A stretch of 64,000 nt of DNA from an uncultured Parcubacteria group bacterium (GTDB lineage: Bacteria; Patescibacteriota; Patescibacteriia; UBA9934; CAMTUG01), in assembly GCA_947084965.1 (NCBI GenBank), contig CAMTUG010000004.1, positions 87,490 to 151,489 on the forward strand. Direction: 5' to 3'. Of the stretch, positions 40,123 to 51,580 are shown in pieces. The position numbers and the translations under genes were made by a program. The notes beneath the pieces are model-generated. The model had not been told where the DNA came from and searched no databases. It saw only the letters and a program-made list of their open reading frames with translations. Positions within the stretch are counted from its first letter, which is position 1, and the number at the start of each line of letters is the position of its first letter.

Positions 40123-41145
40123 GTGAAGTTGGTCATTTTTCATGGCGGGACGGAGGGGTTAAGTACCAAAATTGTAGCGACCTTTGAAGGGGTTTTGGAG
40201 GATTCGTCCTTTGGCGATTTTGAGGCGGACGGGTCGCTCCCTTTGGACAACTTGGTACAAAGTGGAACACGAAACGGCACTTTCCCAGTTTTGGGGACTT
40301 ATAAGGGTTTTCGGCTTTCGTTCGCCTTATTCTCCTGTTCGATGAGCATCCTGACATTTTCGTCATATATAGCCCTCCAAAAACAAAATGTCCGGTTTCT
40401 GATAAACTTCGTACGCGATGAACATAATAATTCCTACAGAGGAAAAGCGGCTCCGTTACCCCTCACGTCCTGTATGGAAAAAGCAGAAGAACCAGATTTT
40501 GACCTTCAGGGGTTGATTGAAACTCCGGGTAGGTTAATCAGCGCCTACCTGAACAACTTCATGGCTGATTTGGGTTGCGCGACGACAGAGGAATTTCATC
40601 AAAAGTTGTCCGATATCACAAACCACCCTTATAGGTACATTTTTCATGACGATACCCTTGCAGATGGCATTAATACTTCAAAAATTTTAGAGTCCATCAG
40701 CATTCTTCGGCTTGAAGCGGTGCGTTCTCCTGAACTCTTCAAAAATATCGCCACGATGCACGGATTGTCACTAAATGATCCCGAACTGCTACGTTCTGAA
40801 ATTGAGGCAATAAAAACGACGCAAACACGGGTTACAAAATACGATTTTCATCTATCAAATAGCGCCATCATACACATTGGCACGGGCAAAAAGCGAGTGT
40901 TGACCGACAAGCAGTACGGGCTACTTGCGTGTCTAAACACGAAAAAACATAAGCCGCGGACATTTTTAAGAAGTCACTCCGGGTATCAGGATGAAGGGCT
41001 GAGAGGGTTTATAAAGGAATTCAACGCTTGGGTGAGAGATGAATGCGGCATCCCTATTCGAGCGATAGAGGGTGATAAAAAAATCGGTGGCTATAAGTTT
41101 GCGACCTGTATTAGGGTGAAGAAAGTCGGTCGGCACGAAACTTAA
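40123..41145 (+). CDS. Hypothetical protein
   Basis: 340-aa ORF; the true start may be internal. No motif recognised. Confidence 0.35.
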   Translation: MKLVIFHGGTEGLSTKIVATFEGVLEDSSFGDFEADGSLPLDNLVQSGTRNGTFPVLGTYKGFRLSFALFSCSMSILTFSSYIALQKQNVRFLINFVRDEHNNSYRGKAAPLPLTSCMEKAEEPDFDLQGLIETPGRLISAYLNNFMADLGCATTEEFHQKLSDITNHPYRYIFHDDTLADGINTSKILESISILRLEAVRSPELFKNIATMHGLSLNDPELLRSEIEAIKTTQTRVTKYDFHLSNSAIIHIGTGKKRVLTDKQYGLLACLNTKKHKPRTFLRSHSGYQDEGLRGFIKEFNAWVRDECGIPIRAIEGDKKIGGYKFATCIRVKKVGRHET

Positions 41146-41167
41146 GGGTGCACACGAGTGTGCAGAA

Positions 41168-41200
41168 AAACGGCTAAATCTAGCCGTTTTTCTTGTTGAT
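41168..41200 (+). terminator. Rho-independent terminator
   Basis: AAAAACGGCTA-AATC-TAGCCGTTTTTCTTG. Confidence 0.5.
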
Positions 41201-41328
41201 AACTTTTCCCAGCGCACCATAGGCACACCTCGTGCGGGTGTTGGAGAATGGCCTGTGAAGGCGGCAGTTGACCGCCGTAAAACCAAACAGAAGCGTTGGA
41301 TGCTGACCAACATTTCTGAATCACTTTT

Positions 41329-41691
41329 ATGCCAAATGCCCCGAGTCATGATGTCACTCCGATCGAATCCGATTTTCCATCCGTTCCGAGCGTCCAGTAC
41401 GCGGGTGGGTTCGTCGAATTCGCACTGTGGTACGCGACGCCAAAGGTCGATCGCAAGCATAAAACGCAGAAGGCGTTTGCGGAATCAGTCGGAGTCTGCG
41501 AGGACACTCTCACTGACTGGAAACATAGACCGGAGTTCTGGCCGACAGTGCAACAGTTCATCGCGGAGCGCATGCGTGAACGTATTCCTGACGTGATCAA
41601 CGGACTATTTATCAACGCGTCCCATACGGGTAAGGCCTCTGACGTGGAGTCCTTCCTAAAAATCGCTGGGATCCTAAACCTTAAACGATAA
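41329..41691 (+). CDS. Hypothetical phage-associated small protein
   Basis: 120 aa, tightly coupled (4-nt gap) to the ParB-methyltransferase gene. Confidence 0.4.
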   Translation: MPNAPSHDVTPIESDFPSVPSVQYAGGFVEFALWYATPKVDRKHKTQKAFAESVGVCEDTLTDWKHRPEFWPTVQQFIAERMRERIPDVINGLFINASHTGKASDVESFLKIAGILNLKR

Positions 41692-41694
41692 CTT

Positions 41695-42957
41695 ATGCCA
41701 CAACTAAACATTCACGAGATGGCGATCGGAGATCTCAAGCCAGCCATTTATAACCCGAGAAAGATTTCTGATAAACAGAAAGAGGAACTCAAGACCAGCA
41801 TTCAGAAGTTCGGCTTCGTGGATCCGATCATCGTAAACGACCACAAGGAGAGGAAAGGCGTGGTCATCGGCGGTCACCAGAGATTATCCGTCGCGAAGGA
41901 ACTCGGATTCAAAAAGGTACCCGTCGTCCTCCTGAACTTGCCGGAAGCCAAGGAGCGCGAGCTGAACCTGCGTCTGAACAAAAACGTCGGGGAGTGGGAC
42001 ATCGATCTATTGCGCAACTTCGACATCGGGGATCTTCTGCGGGTCGGATTCGACGATCAGGATCTGCAAGACATATGGGCGGACACACTGTCCGTGACGG
42101 ACGACGAGTTTGACGTGGAAGAAGCCGTGCGAGCGATCGCTAAACCAAAAGCCAAGCTGGGAGATATCTATCAACTTGGGAGCCACCGAATCTCGTGCAA
42201 CGATGCCACCGACTTGGCGGCGGTACAAAAGCTCGTTGGCAACGAGCGGATGGATATGGTGACTCTGGATCCGATATACGGGATCGGCCTGTCGTACGAC
42301 AGGGGCGTGTCGACCAAGGGAAAGTACGCGGGTTCCGAAAAGGATCAGATGAAGGGAGATGAGTACCGCACGTTTTTAAAAACGGTGTTTGAAAATTCGC
42401 TGGCCGTTTCAAAGGAAGATCTGCATTTCTACTGCTGGAACGATCAACGGCACATCGGTCTCGTCCAGTCGCTCGTGGAGGAAACGAAACTTTCGAACAA
42501 GAGCGTCTGCCTGTGGGTGAAGAATAACTTCACGCCGGTTCCCGGGATCGCGTGGAACAAGAGCTACGAGGCGTGCGTGTACGCGACGCGCGGCAGGCCG
42601 TACTTGAATCCCGACGTTCAAAACCTGACGGAGATCATGAACAAGGAAGTCGATTCCGGCAACCGTCAGATCGACGACATCGTAGACCTGTTCGACCTCT
42701 GGCTCGTGAAGCGGCTCCCTGCCCAGGAGTACCAGCATGCGACCCAAAAGCCGCTTCCACTATACGAGAAGCCGTTGCGCCGATGCACCAAGGTCGGGGC
42801 GAACGTGTTGGATGTATTTTCCGGAAGCGGCACCACGCTTCTCGCGTGCGAGCAGATGAAGCGGACGGCCTTCGTCATGGAAAAGGATCCCGTCTTCGTG
42901 GACGTCTGCATTCAGCGTTTCGAGGAAACCACGGGCATCAAAGCTAAAAAACTCTAA
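41695..42957 (+). CDS. ParB-like nuclease domain fused to a DNA methyltransferase (orphan, phage-type)
   Basis: ParB motif VIGGHQRLSVAKELG followed by a methyltransferase region with DPIYGIG (DPPY-type motif IV). Confidence 0.75.
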   Translation: MPQLNIHEMAIGDLKPAIYNPRKISDKQKEELKTSIQKFGFVDPIIVNDHKERKGVVIGGHQRLSVAKELGFKKVPVVLLNLPEAKERELNLRLNKNVGEWDIDLLRNFDIGDLLRVGFDDQDLQDIWADTLSVTDDEFDVEEAVRAIAKPKAKLGDIYQLGSHRISCNDATDLAAVQKLVGNERMDMVTLDPIYGIGLSYDRGVSTKGKYAGSEKDQMKGDEYRTFLKTVFENSLAVSKEDLHFYCWNDQRHIGLVQSLVEETKLSNKSVCLWVKNNFTPVPGIAWNKSYEACVYATRGRPYLNPDVQNLTEIMNKEVDSGNRQIDDIVDLFDLWLVKRLPAQEYQHATQKPLPLYEKPLRRCTKVGANVLDVFSGSGTTLLACEQMKRTAFVMEKDPVFVDVCIQRFEETTGIKAKKL

Positions 42958-42964
42958 CCACCAT

Positions 42965-43711
42965 ATGAAGATAAAAAACGGAGACCTCGTTCAATTAGGC
43001 GATCACTTTTTAATCTGCGGCGACTCGATGAATGAGAAAACGGTCGGTCGGCTGCTCGCGGGACGCGAGATCCAGCTCGTCCTCACCGACCCGCCCTACG
43101 GGGTGAGCTACGTGGAGAGCAAGATGGGATTCACGCAGTCGCTCGCGAAGCCGAAGGTGATCCAGAATGATCAGATCGAAAGCGAGGAGGAGTACGCCTC
43201 GTTCACGCGGGCATGGCTCGGTGCCTGTACACCGTTCATGGCCAAGAAAAACTCCATGTACATCTTCAACTCCGACCGGATGCTGTTTGCCCTCCGGTCT
43301 GGGATGGAAGCCGCTGGTTTCAAGTTCGCACAACTTCTCATCTGGGCGAAGACGCACGCCGTCGTAGGCCGCATGGACTACCTGCCGTCGCACGAGCTGA
43401 TCGCCTACGGGTGGCATGGGACGCACGCGTTCCGCAAGTCGAAGGATAAGAGCGTCATCATCTGCCCGAAGCCAAGCAAGAGCAAGTGGCACCCAACGTC
43501 CAAGCCCCGGCAACTCCTGCGTCGATTGATTCTTAACAGCTCAAAGGTCGGCGACACGGTTTATGAGCCCTTTGCCGGCGGAGGGTCATGCCTTCTCTCA
43601 TGCGAAGAAACGAGGCGCAAATGCCTGGCGGTTGAGCTGGATACGGAATACTGCGAAACCATCGTCATGCTCTGGGAACGCATGACGGGAAAGGAGGCTA
43701 TTAAGAAATAA
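42965..43711 (+). CDS. DNA methyltransferase (N6-adenine/N4-cytosine, DPPY class), orphan
   Basis: LVLTDPPYGVSY. Confidence 0.75.
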   Translation: MKIKNGDLVQLGDHFLICGDSMNEKTVGRLLAGREIQLVLTDPPYGVSYVESKMGFTQSLAKPKVIQNDQIESEEEYASFTRAWLGACTPFMAKKNSMYIFNSDRMLFALRSGMEAAGFKFAQLLIWAKTHAVVGRMDYLPSHELIAYGWHGTHAFRKSKDKSVIICPKPSKSKWHPTSKPRQLLRRLILNSSKVGDTVYEPFAGGGSCLLSCEETRRKCLAVELDTEYCETIVMLWERMTGKEAIKK

Positions 43712-43715
43712 TCGT

Positions 43716-44228
43716 ATGCCGAAGAAAACAGAAGCGTATCCCGCGAACACCAAGCGGATCGACGCGCAGAAGAAGCTCCTGCTCCAGCACATCGAGAAGA
43801 CGCCGATCGTCGAGGTCGTGTGCCAGAAGGTCGGCATCGGACGCACGACCCTCTATCGCTGGCTACACGAGGACGAATCGTTCGCTAAGGAATATGGCGA
43901 GGCCTTCGGCACCGGGGTCGATCTCATCAGCGACCTCGCGGAGTCGAAGCTCATCGGGAAAATCCAGGAGGGCGACATGACAGCCGTGAAGCTCTGGCTC
44001 GGCACACACCGCAAGGACTTCGTGAACAAGCTTGAAGTGAGCGCGACCAGGCAGGAAGAGATGACCGAGGAAGAAAAGAAGTTGATCGAGGCGGCGCACG
44101 CCCGGCTCGGCCTGATTGCACCACCGACAATTATTAACCCGCAACCATATGTCCAACCAATTCCTAGACCAGAAAACGATGAACTTAATTCTAAGCAACA
44201 AGGCGGCGAGGCTCATGCTCGTGAATAA
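43716..44228 (+). CDS. Terminase small subunit-like HTH protein
   Basis: The position (5' of TerL, overlapping it), size (170 aa) and HTH (GIGRTTLYRWL) fit a small terminase subunit. Confidence 0.5.
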   Translation: MPKKTEAYPANTKRIDAQKKLLLQHIEKTPIVEVVCQKVGIGRTTLYRWLHEDESFAKEYGEAFGTGVDLISDLAESKLIGKIQEGDMTAVKLWLGTHRKDFVNKLEVSATRQEEMTEEEKKLIEAAHARLGLIAPPTIINPQPYVQPIPRPENDELNSKQQGGEAHARE

Positions 44229-45924
44229 GTCCCATCGCAACTTCTTCGCCACGTATTTTCCCCATTACCTGACGTACCCGTGCGCGGACATCCACCAGCG
44301 ACTCTTTGACCTCACCGAAGACGCGAACAACAAGTTCGCCGTAGGCCAGACGTTCCGAGGTAGCGGAAAGTCGACGATTGTCTCGCTGTCATACGCGCTC
44401 TGGGCGATTCTCGGGTGCCAGCAAAAGCACCTCGTCGTGCTCGTCGCGAAGACTCAAGAACAGGCGAAGAGATTACTCGACGCCATCAAGCGCGAGCTTG
44501 AGACGAATAAGCTTCTGCAAGTCGACTTCGGGAAAATCCACGAAGAGAGTACCCCGTGGAACTCGACAGCACTGACGTTCAATGACCAGAACGCACAGAT
44601 CACCGCCATTTCCATCGACCAGGCCATGCGCGGCATGCGCTTCCAGAACTACCGCCCCGACCTCATCATCCTTGACGACATCGAGGACTCCGCCTCCGTC
44701 CGTACTCTCGAGTCTCGCGACCGCCTGCAGGAGTGGTTCGACAAAGACCTGCTCCCGGCAGGCGACACGAATACGCGGGTTATTCTTCTGGGTAACAATC
44801 TACATCCGGACTCCCTGCCGAACCGCATCATCGACCGCGTGCAAAACAGACAGTTCGACGCGAAGGTTATAAGGTGCCCGCTCGTTGACGAGAACGGCAT
44901 CTGCGCTTGGCCAGGAAAGTTCCCGACGAAGGAGTCGTTGGAAGCGCTTCGCAAGCTGTATTCATCCGAGCGTACATGGCGACAGGAATTCTTGTTACAA
45001 CCCGTCCTTTCGGAAGAAACGATCGTGAACGAACGGCAGATCAACTATTACGACGAGTTTCCCGAGGACGAGGACTGTGGTGTCTACGCGGCAATCGGCA
45101 TCGATCTTGCCTGTAGCACGTCGTCGCGGGCGGACAAGACCGCGATGGTCTGCGCGAGGGTCTATGGCAAGGGCGACGAGATGCGCGTCTACCTATTGCC
45201 AAACCTGGTCAACGACCGGCTGGAAATCCACGGATCGCTTGCGGAATGTGTCAATCTCGCCGGCCGCATCAGTCTCGACGGCGGCACCGGCCGGTCGTCG
45301 GTTCGGATATTCGTCGAATCCGTCGGGTTTCAAAAGACGTTCGCGCAGCAGCTTACCTCCCGTGGCATGAAGCGGGTGGAGGAATTCCAGCCAGGAAAGA
45401 TTGGGGACAAGCGCGACCGCCTCTACATGGCAGCCGACCTCATCAAGAGCGGACAGGTTCTCTTCCCTCGGCACGGGCTGGAGGAACTCACCGGGCAGAT
45501 TATAGCCTTCGGCGTCGAGCGGCACGACGATCTTGTCGACGCGTTCACGACACTCGTACTTAAGGTGATTGAAAATAACCCGAGGAACTCCAGCGTCGGC
45601 GTCGCTGTCGGCAACCTCAATAAGATTTATACGCCCGAAGAACTTGCAATTGAGAGGGAAAATCAGCGTCGTGATTACCGTGCGATGATGGACGGGTACG
45701 ACTATCGGGTTATGCTGGCAGAGCTGCACGCCAAGGGACAGTGCCCTAATCTCCGCATTGGTAATCCGTACGTCGCAAAACGGAAAAAGGTTTCTAATCC
45801 TGAGAAGCTACCAACGAAAGCTTCTGAAAAATTGAAACCATCGCATACGTGTCCAAACCACAATAATCCAACATATTCTTCCGTAACTGAGACTTCTGTT
45901 CAGAAGGAAGGTCAGGATTCGTGA
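44215..45924 (+). CDS. Terminase large subunit
   Basis: Walker A in FRGSGKSTIV and a nuclease-domain Asp in AAIGIDLA. Start taken at the ATG overlapping the TerS stop. Confidence 0.75.
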   Translation: MLVNKSHRNFFATYFPHYLTYPCADIHQRLFDLTEDANNKFAVGQTFRGSGKSTIVSLSYALWAILGCQQKHLVVLVAKTQEQAKRLLDAIKRELETNKLLQVDFGKIHEESTPWNSTALTFNDQNAQITAISIDQAMRGMRFQNYRPDLIILDDIEDSASVRTLESRDRLQEWFDKDLLPAGDTNTRVILLGNNLHPDSLPNRIIDRVQNRQFDAKVIRCPLVDENGICAWPGKFPTKESLEALRKLYSSERTWRQEFLLQPVLSEETIVNERQINYYDEFPEDEDCGVYAAIGIDLACSTSSRADKTAMVCARVYGKGDEMRVYLLPNLVNDRLEIHGSLAECVNLAGRISLDGGTGRSSVRIFVESVGFQKTFAQQLTSRGMKRVEEFQPGKIGDKRDRLYMAADLIKSGQVLFPRHGLEELTGQIIAFGVERHDDLVDAFTTLVLKVIENNPRNSSVGVAVGNLNKIYTPEELAIERENQRRDYRAMMDGYDYRVMLAELHAKGQCPNLRIGNPYVAKRKKVSNPEKLPTKASEKLKPSHTCPNHNNPTYSSVTETSVQKEGQDS

Positions 45925-47266
45925 GCGTCGCCCAGCTCGCGGATGCCGTGCCGCCTTCGTGTATGGCGAGATTGTTGTAAGAAAGCTCGGGACACATGAC
46001 AGGAAGAACCTTCTTGATCGACGCGCTGCCGCCGAAGCGGGAGTCGACGTAATAGCCCTTCTTCACGATCATCATCAGATCGTAGATGCGATCGTTCACG
46101 CTCGCCATGAAGTCAGCGAACTCGGGCAGGTGCTCTCCAATCTCCGCGTTGCGCGATGCCTCGAACCGCGCGTTCCAAACGATCACGCTTCCGACGTCAC
46201 CGATATGTTTCTTGAGGGACTCCGCGACCATCGGCGCGGGGTCTTTCATTTCATCGGCGAGGAATTCGTAGTGCTCAGGATCAGCTTCCGGCTCGCGCAT
46301 GACGTGGACGGAATATTGGAACACGGCGTGCTGGTACGGTCGGTAGTCGTCGAAGAGCGGCACTGCCGGGAAATACGTTTCATAGTCCAAAAAGTAGAGC
46401 GGGTACTGCAAACTATCGAAGTCAGACTTGATCGCATCCTTATCAATCGAAAGAGTCGGCGTGGCCTTCGTGCCCGGCAGTTTGATATCTCCAAGTTCGG
46501 CCATGACGTCGGCCGGAACTTGGTCGGGCTTGATAAACCCGCGTTCCAAAAAGGCGACAAGCTTCTCTTTCGGAAGCGATGCGGCTATGGAATACTTGTC
46601 GTCGCCGTTCAGCTCGGAAAAATAACAGGCAAGGAACTCGCACTCCGCTGGGTCGTTGCAGGACATGACGTGCATGAGGCGCGGCACCTTGTCCCAGTCG
46701 AGGACTGCGAGGGCGCGTGGGATTTCTTTCTTCGCCATCGGCATGACGTTTTCGACCTCGTGCGTTATGTCTACCTTGGTAAACAATTGTCCCGGATCAA
46801 TCTCGCCGTTACGGACGTACTGATTGTTGACGTGGACAAGAAACGTACGGGAGACGCGGATGCCAGCCTCCTCAAGGCAGATGCGTTGGAAAGCGACGTC
46901 TGTGATGTGCTCCTCTTTTACGTCAGTGGAACTCTTCACTTCGTAGATATCCCACGAGCCGTCGGCATTCTTCGTAAGGATGTCGCAACGGCAAGAAAGC
47001 TTAGCCGTCATGAACGTCGGCTGAAGCAAAATGGTCGCGCCGCTCGCGATTGCCTTCTTGGTGTTCTCAGCGGCCGGCTTGCCAAACCCATCAACGTTCA
47101 CGCCGCTTGGAAAGAGCTTTTGCGCCCACGCGTCGATTACGTTTCCCTCATCGAAGATGCGTTGGAGCGCAGGATCAGTGGGTGGAACCAAATCCGGCCG
47201 TTGCTTCACGAGCCACAGCTCGCACGAGCATCGGAGAAATTGCATGAAGTTGGATTTGGAGAGCAT
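45794..47266 (-). CDS. DUF2779-like protein (RecB/PD-(D/E)xK nuclease-related)
   Basis: N-terminus MLSKSNFMQFLRCSCELWLVKQRPD fits the DUF2779 pattern (LSKSxF...C..LWL). Its 3' end overlaps the TerL 3' end convergently by about 130 nt. Confidence 0.5.
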   Translation of the reverse strand: MLSKSNFMQFLRCSCELWLVKQRPDLVPPTDPALQRIFDEGNVIDAWAQKLFPSGVNVDGFGKPAAENTKKAIASGATILLQPTFMTAKLSCRCDILTKNADGSWDIYEVKSSTDVKEEHITDVAFQRICLEEAGIRVSRTFLVHVNNQYVRNGEIDPGQLFTKVDITHEVENVMPMAKKEIPRALAVLDWDKVPRLMHVMSCNDPAECEFLACYFSELNGDDKYSIAASLPKEKLVAFLERGFIKPDQVPADVMAELGDIKLPGTKATPTLSIDKDAIKSDFDSLQYPLYFLDYETYFPAVPLFDDYRPYQHAVFQYSVHVMREPEADPEHYEFLADEMKDPAPMVAESLKKHIGDVGSVIVWNARFEASRNAEIGEHLPEFADFMASVNDRIYDLMMIVKKGYYVDSRFGGSASIKKVLPVMCPELSYNNLAIHEGGTASASWATLTNPDLPSEQKSQLRKNMLDYCGLDTYAMVSIFQKLSLVASQD

Positions 47267-47275
47267 AGTCGGATG

Positions 47276-49438
47276 TTAAAGCTTGGTGAGCGCGTCACGC
47301 ACGAGGTCGCGATACTCGTCGCGGATGCGATAGTTATCCTTCCGCGCACCCGGGCGGTCGTGCTCGAGGTCGTAAATCAGGATGGCGCGGAGGTGGGCGT
47401 TGTTCGGGTTCGTCACGAACTGCGAGATGTTGCTGAGATATCGGCCGGACTGCCCGACATCCTTGCCGATGCCATTCACGTACAGGCTATCGCGAAGCTC
47501 CTCCTGGGTAAAGCCGCGATTGTCCGAAAGCAGGGTTTTCAGGAAGACGATAAGGCGCGGCGTGAGGTCGCTCACGCGCTCAAGCGTCTCCTCGAGCCTG
47601 TAACGGATGTCGTCGGTCGTGAGGACGTCGACCGGCATCTCCTCGCGCGTATCGCTTTCGTCCTTGGCGTACGAGGCATCGATGTCCTCGGCGGTAAGGT
47701 GCCAGGCTTCGACAAGTGAAGAGATTATTACCTCGGTGCGTTCTTGAATAACGGTTGGAGTCCATGAATCGTAATCCACGACCTCCTGCGTCATGCGGAA
47801 GGCGGAGAGGCCGTCCCTGTTCGTCTCGCCGCGATAGATCTTCACCTTCTCGGCGAACGGCTTGTTGGAGGCGGATTGGTTCTTCGACTTCCGGCTCTCG
47901 TCCATGCTTCCGGCGAGGAGCGTGAGGTTGCCGAGCGTATTCACGAGCGAGTCGTGTTCGTCCTCGGTGAAGTTTGCCGACCAAGACGGGTCGGTCATCG
48001 TCTGCGGCAGGATGTGCTCGAGCTGGACATTCTTCGTGAACGGGATCTCGCGGATCACCGAGTCGTCGAGGAGCGAGTACTCGTACTTGGCGAGCGCGTA
48101 CTTGCCGCAGCTCGCATGGTAGACGTCGCCGCGCAGGTTCTCCGTCGCGTCGCGCACGACGCGGTTCTTGCGCAGGAACGTCTCGAGCCGCGCGAGGATG
48201 GCGTCGACGGGCTGGTTCGCGTTCGCGTCGCGCACGGACGCGAGAAGCGGGGCAAGCACCCCGCGCGAGGTGTGTCCGGCGACGAGCGACAGTCCGCAGA
48301 ATCGCTCGATTCCCTCGATCAGCGTTCCGGCATTCTGTTTGGACAGTCCGTTTCTCCACGCGGCGATGATGGGCGGAAGCCAGTATCCGTGGCCGACGTT
48401 CCATAAAAGAAGCAAGGCCTTCTTGGCGGAACCGTTAAGGGGCTCGCCATGCCACGCGCCAGCCTTCAGTTCGACATACGCATCGACGGACTTCTTCCAG
48501 TCGTCCATGAACGTTCCCGTCGACAGACCAGCGTCCTTGATGTCCTCGGAGATCTCGCGGAACAAGTCCTTGCGCGAGCGGTCGCCGACGACGGCGATGC
48601 GGTGGAACCGCAGGAGGTCGTCCATTGGCACGCCGACCCGCTCGATCTCGCGCCATGTGTCTAGGAATGGTCGCTTCTCGTCGTCGAAGGACTTCCGCGC
48701 CGTCGGATGCTCGGCGTTATGGCGCGTGGTTTCTTCCTCAAGGCGTCGGATGAGCAGGTTCTTGAGCAGGTCCTTCGTGTCCAAGTCCTTGCCGCGCGTG
48801 TTGATCGCCTCGAAGATGGTGTACGCCGACGAAAACGAGTCGCTCGTCATCACGACAAGCATCACCTCGTCGAGCAGGAAGTGGTAGAAATCGTCGAGAT
48901 ACGTCATGATGTCCACTTCCGCATTCTTTGACTTCAGCTCCTCGCTCTTCTCGTCGATGAATTGTTTGAGAAGCCGGATCGCCATCTTGTACGTCTCGGG
49001 GAGGGCGGATCTTTCGTAGCCGGAAAGAACGCCGACGGACTTCAGAATATTTGCCTCGAACGCCGCGCGCTCCTCGGGCTTCACGCTCAGGCGGCACTTC
49101 CCGCGAATGATGCAGCTCTCCTGAATCTCGTTCGCGCGGTCGGGAAGATCTCCCTCAAAGAAAAAATCACGGAGCACGGCGAGGAGAATCATGGTCGTCG
49201 TCAGGCGCTGTCGCCCGTCGACCACCTCGAAGTCCTTACTGTCCCCGCGATTGACCAGAATCAGTTTGTCCAAAAAGTATCCGTCCTCCTTGCGCTCGTA
49301 GGCTTTGGTGAGATCCATCCAGAAGTCCTCCACGTTCTCCATCGTCCACTCGTAAGGGCGTTGGTAGTCGGGAATATTGTAGTAATTGCCGCCGGCGACG
49401 ACTTCGCGCATCCGACAGGGCTTGGCAGTGATGTTCAT
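47276..49438 (-). CDS. GmrSD-family type IV (modification-dependent) restriction endonuclease, DUF262 + DUF1524, with an extra C-terminal domain
   Basis: DUF262 motif VVDGRQRLTTT (DGQQR variant) and DUF1524 His-Me finger region NVQLEHILPQ. Confidence 0.75.
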   Translation of the reverse strand: MNITAKPCRMREVVAGGNYYNIPDYQRPYEWTMENVEDFWMDLTKAYERKEDGYFLDKLILVNRGDSKDFEVVDGRQRLTTTMILLAVLRDFFFEGDLPDRANEIQESCIIRGKCRLSVKPEERAAFEANILKSVGVLSGYERSALPETYKMAIRLLKQFIDEKSEELKSKNAEVDIMTYLDDFYHFLLDEVMLVVMTSDSFSSAYTIFEAINTRGKDLDTKDLLKNLLIRRLEEETTRHNAEHPTARKSFDDEKRPFLDTWREIERVGVPMDDLLRFHRIAVVGDRSRKDLFREISEDIKDAGLSTGTFMDDWKKSVDAYVELKAGAWHGEPLNGSAKKALLLLWNVGHGYWLPPIIAAWRNGLSKQNAGTLIEGIERFCGLSLVAGHTSRGVLAPLLASVRDANANQPVDAILARLETFLRKNRVVRDATENLRGDVYHASCGKYALAKYEYSLLDDSVIREIPFTKNVQLEHILPQTMTDPSWSANFTEDEHDSLVNTLGNLTLLAGSMDESRKSKNQSASNKPFAEKVKIYRGETNRDGLSAFRMTQEVVDYDSWTPTVIQERTEVIISSLVEAWHLTAEDIDASYAKDESDTREEMPVDVLTTDDIRYRLEETLERVSDLTPRLIVFLKTLLSDNRGFTQEELRDSLYVNGIGKDVGQSGRYLSNISQFVTNPNNAHLRAILIYDLEHDRPGARKDNYRIRDEYRDLVRDALTKL

Positions 49439-49440
49439 AG

Positions 49441-49672
49441 CGAGGGTTAGGTTTCAACCCACGGGCCGCCATGAATACAAAGCGACACCCGGTGGTGACG
49501 AAACCCAACCCCCGTACGGATCGTACGAGTGTTGTTTTAACCGGATGCCGCTCAATGCGTGCGATCCGGATAGGGAAAAATCCCCTGGTAAGGAGGTTGG
49601 GTTTCGTCAGGGCTAGAATAGCTTACAAACACCCATAAGTAAAGTCCTTTTTATGGAGTTTTGAGCCCTTCC
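49441..49672 (-). ncRNA. Candidate structured RNA between the DGR reverse transcriptase and GmrSD
   Basis: A perfect 15-bp long-range stem (TGACGAAACCCAACC / GGTTGGGTTTCGTCA) encloses about 95 nt with nested hairpins, CCGGAT...ATCCGG and CGTACGATCCGTACG. The strand was not resolved. Confidence 0.3.
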
Positions 49673-51130
<1,458 letters not shown>

Positions 51131-51145
51131 GCGCGGAATCAAGCA

Positions 51146-51283
51146 CTTTCGAAGACGGAAGACGAACTGATTGTTCGCATTCCACTTGTTCGTCGGCTTC
51201 GCCCAATTGTTGTTGAGCCACGACCCGTCGTCATTGCGTTCCACGTTGAAGACGTTCGGGTTGCCGTCCGAGTCGGATTGCAT
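51146..51283 (-). repeat. DGR template repeat (TR)
   Basis: About 138 nt homologous to 51596-51735. In the VR frame it encodes ...NVERNDDGSWLNNNWAKPTNKWNANNQFVFRLRK, with AAC/AAT codons where VR varies. Confidence 0.8.
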
Positions 51284-51580
51284 GGCGTGCCACCATTGCC
51301 ACTGCCCGCCTATCTCAAAAGAGGTCGGGCTGTATTTTATGCGTGATCGAAAATCACCAAGCACACCATACCAAGTACTTCATTTTTGTTTGGACACAAT
51401 GCGCATCCTCCGAAGGGAACCGTAGCCACCCTCGTTCTCAACACGCATGTACCGAAAAGGCCTTTGGACAGCCGTAACCGCCCATATGAACCAGTCTAGA
51501 CGCCAGAATAACAAAAATTTTCCGATCCGCCTACGGCGGAAAGTATCAAAGGGTCAAAGGAACAAAGTTTCAAGAAGAAG

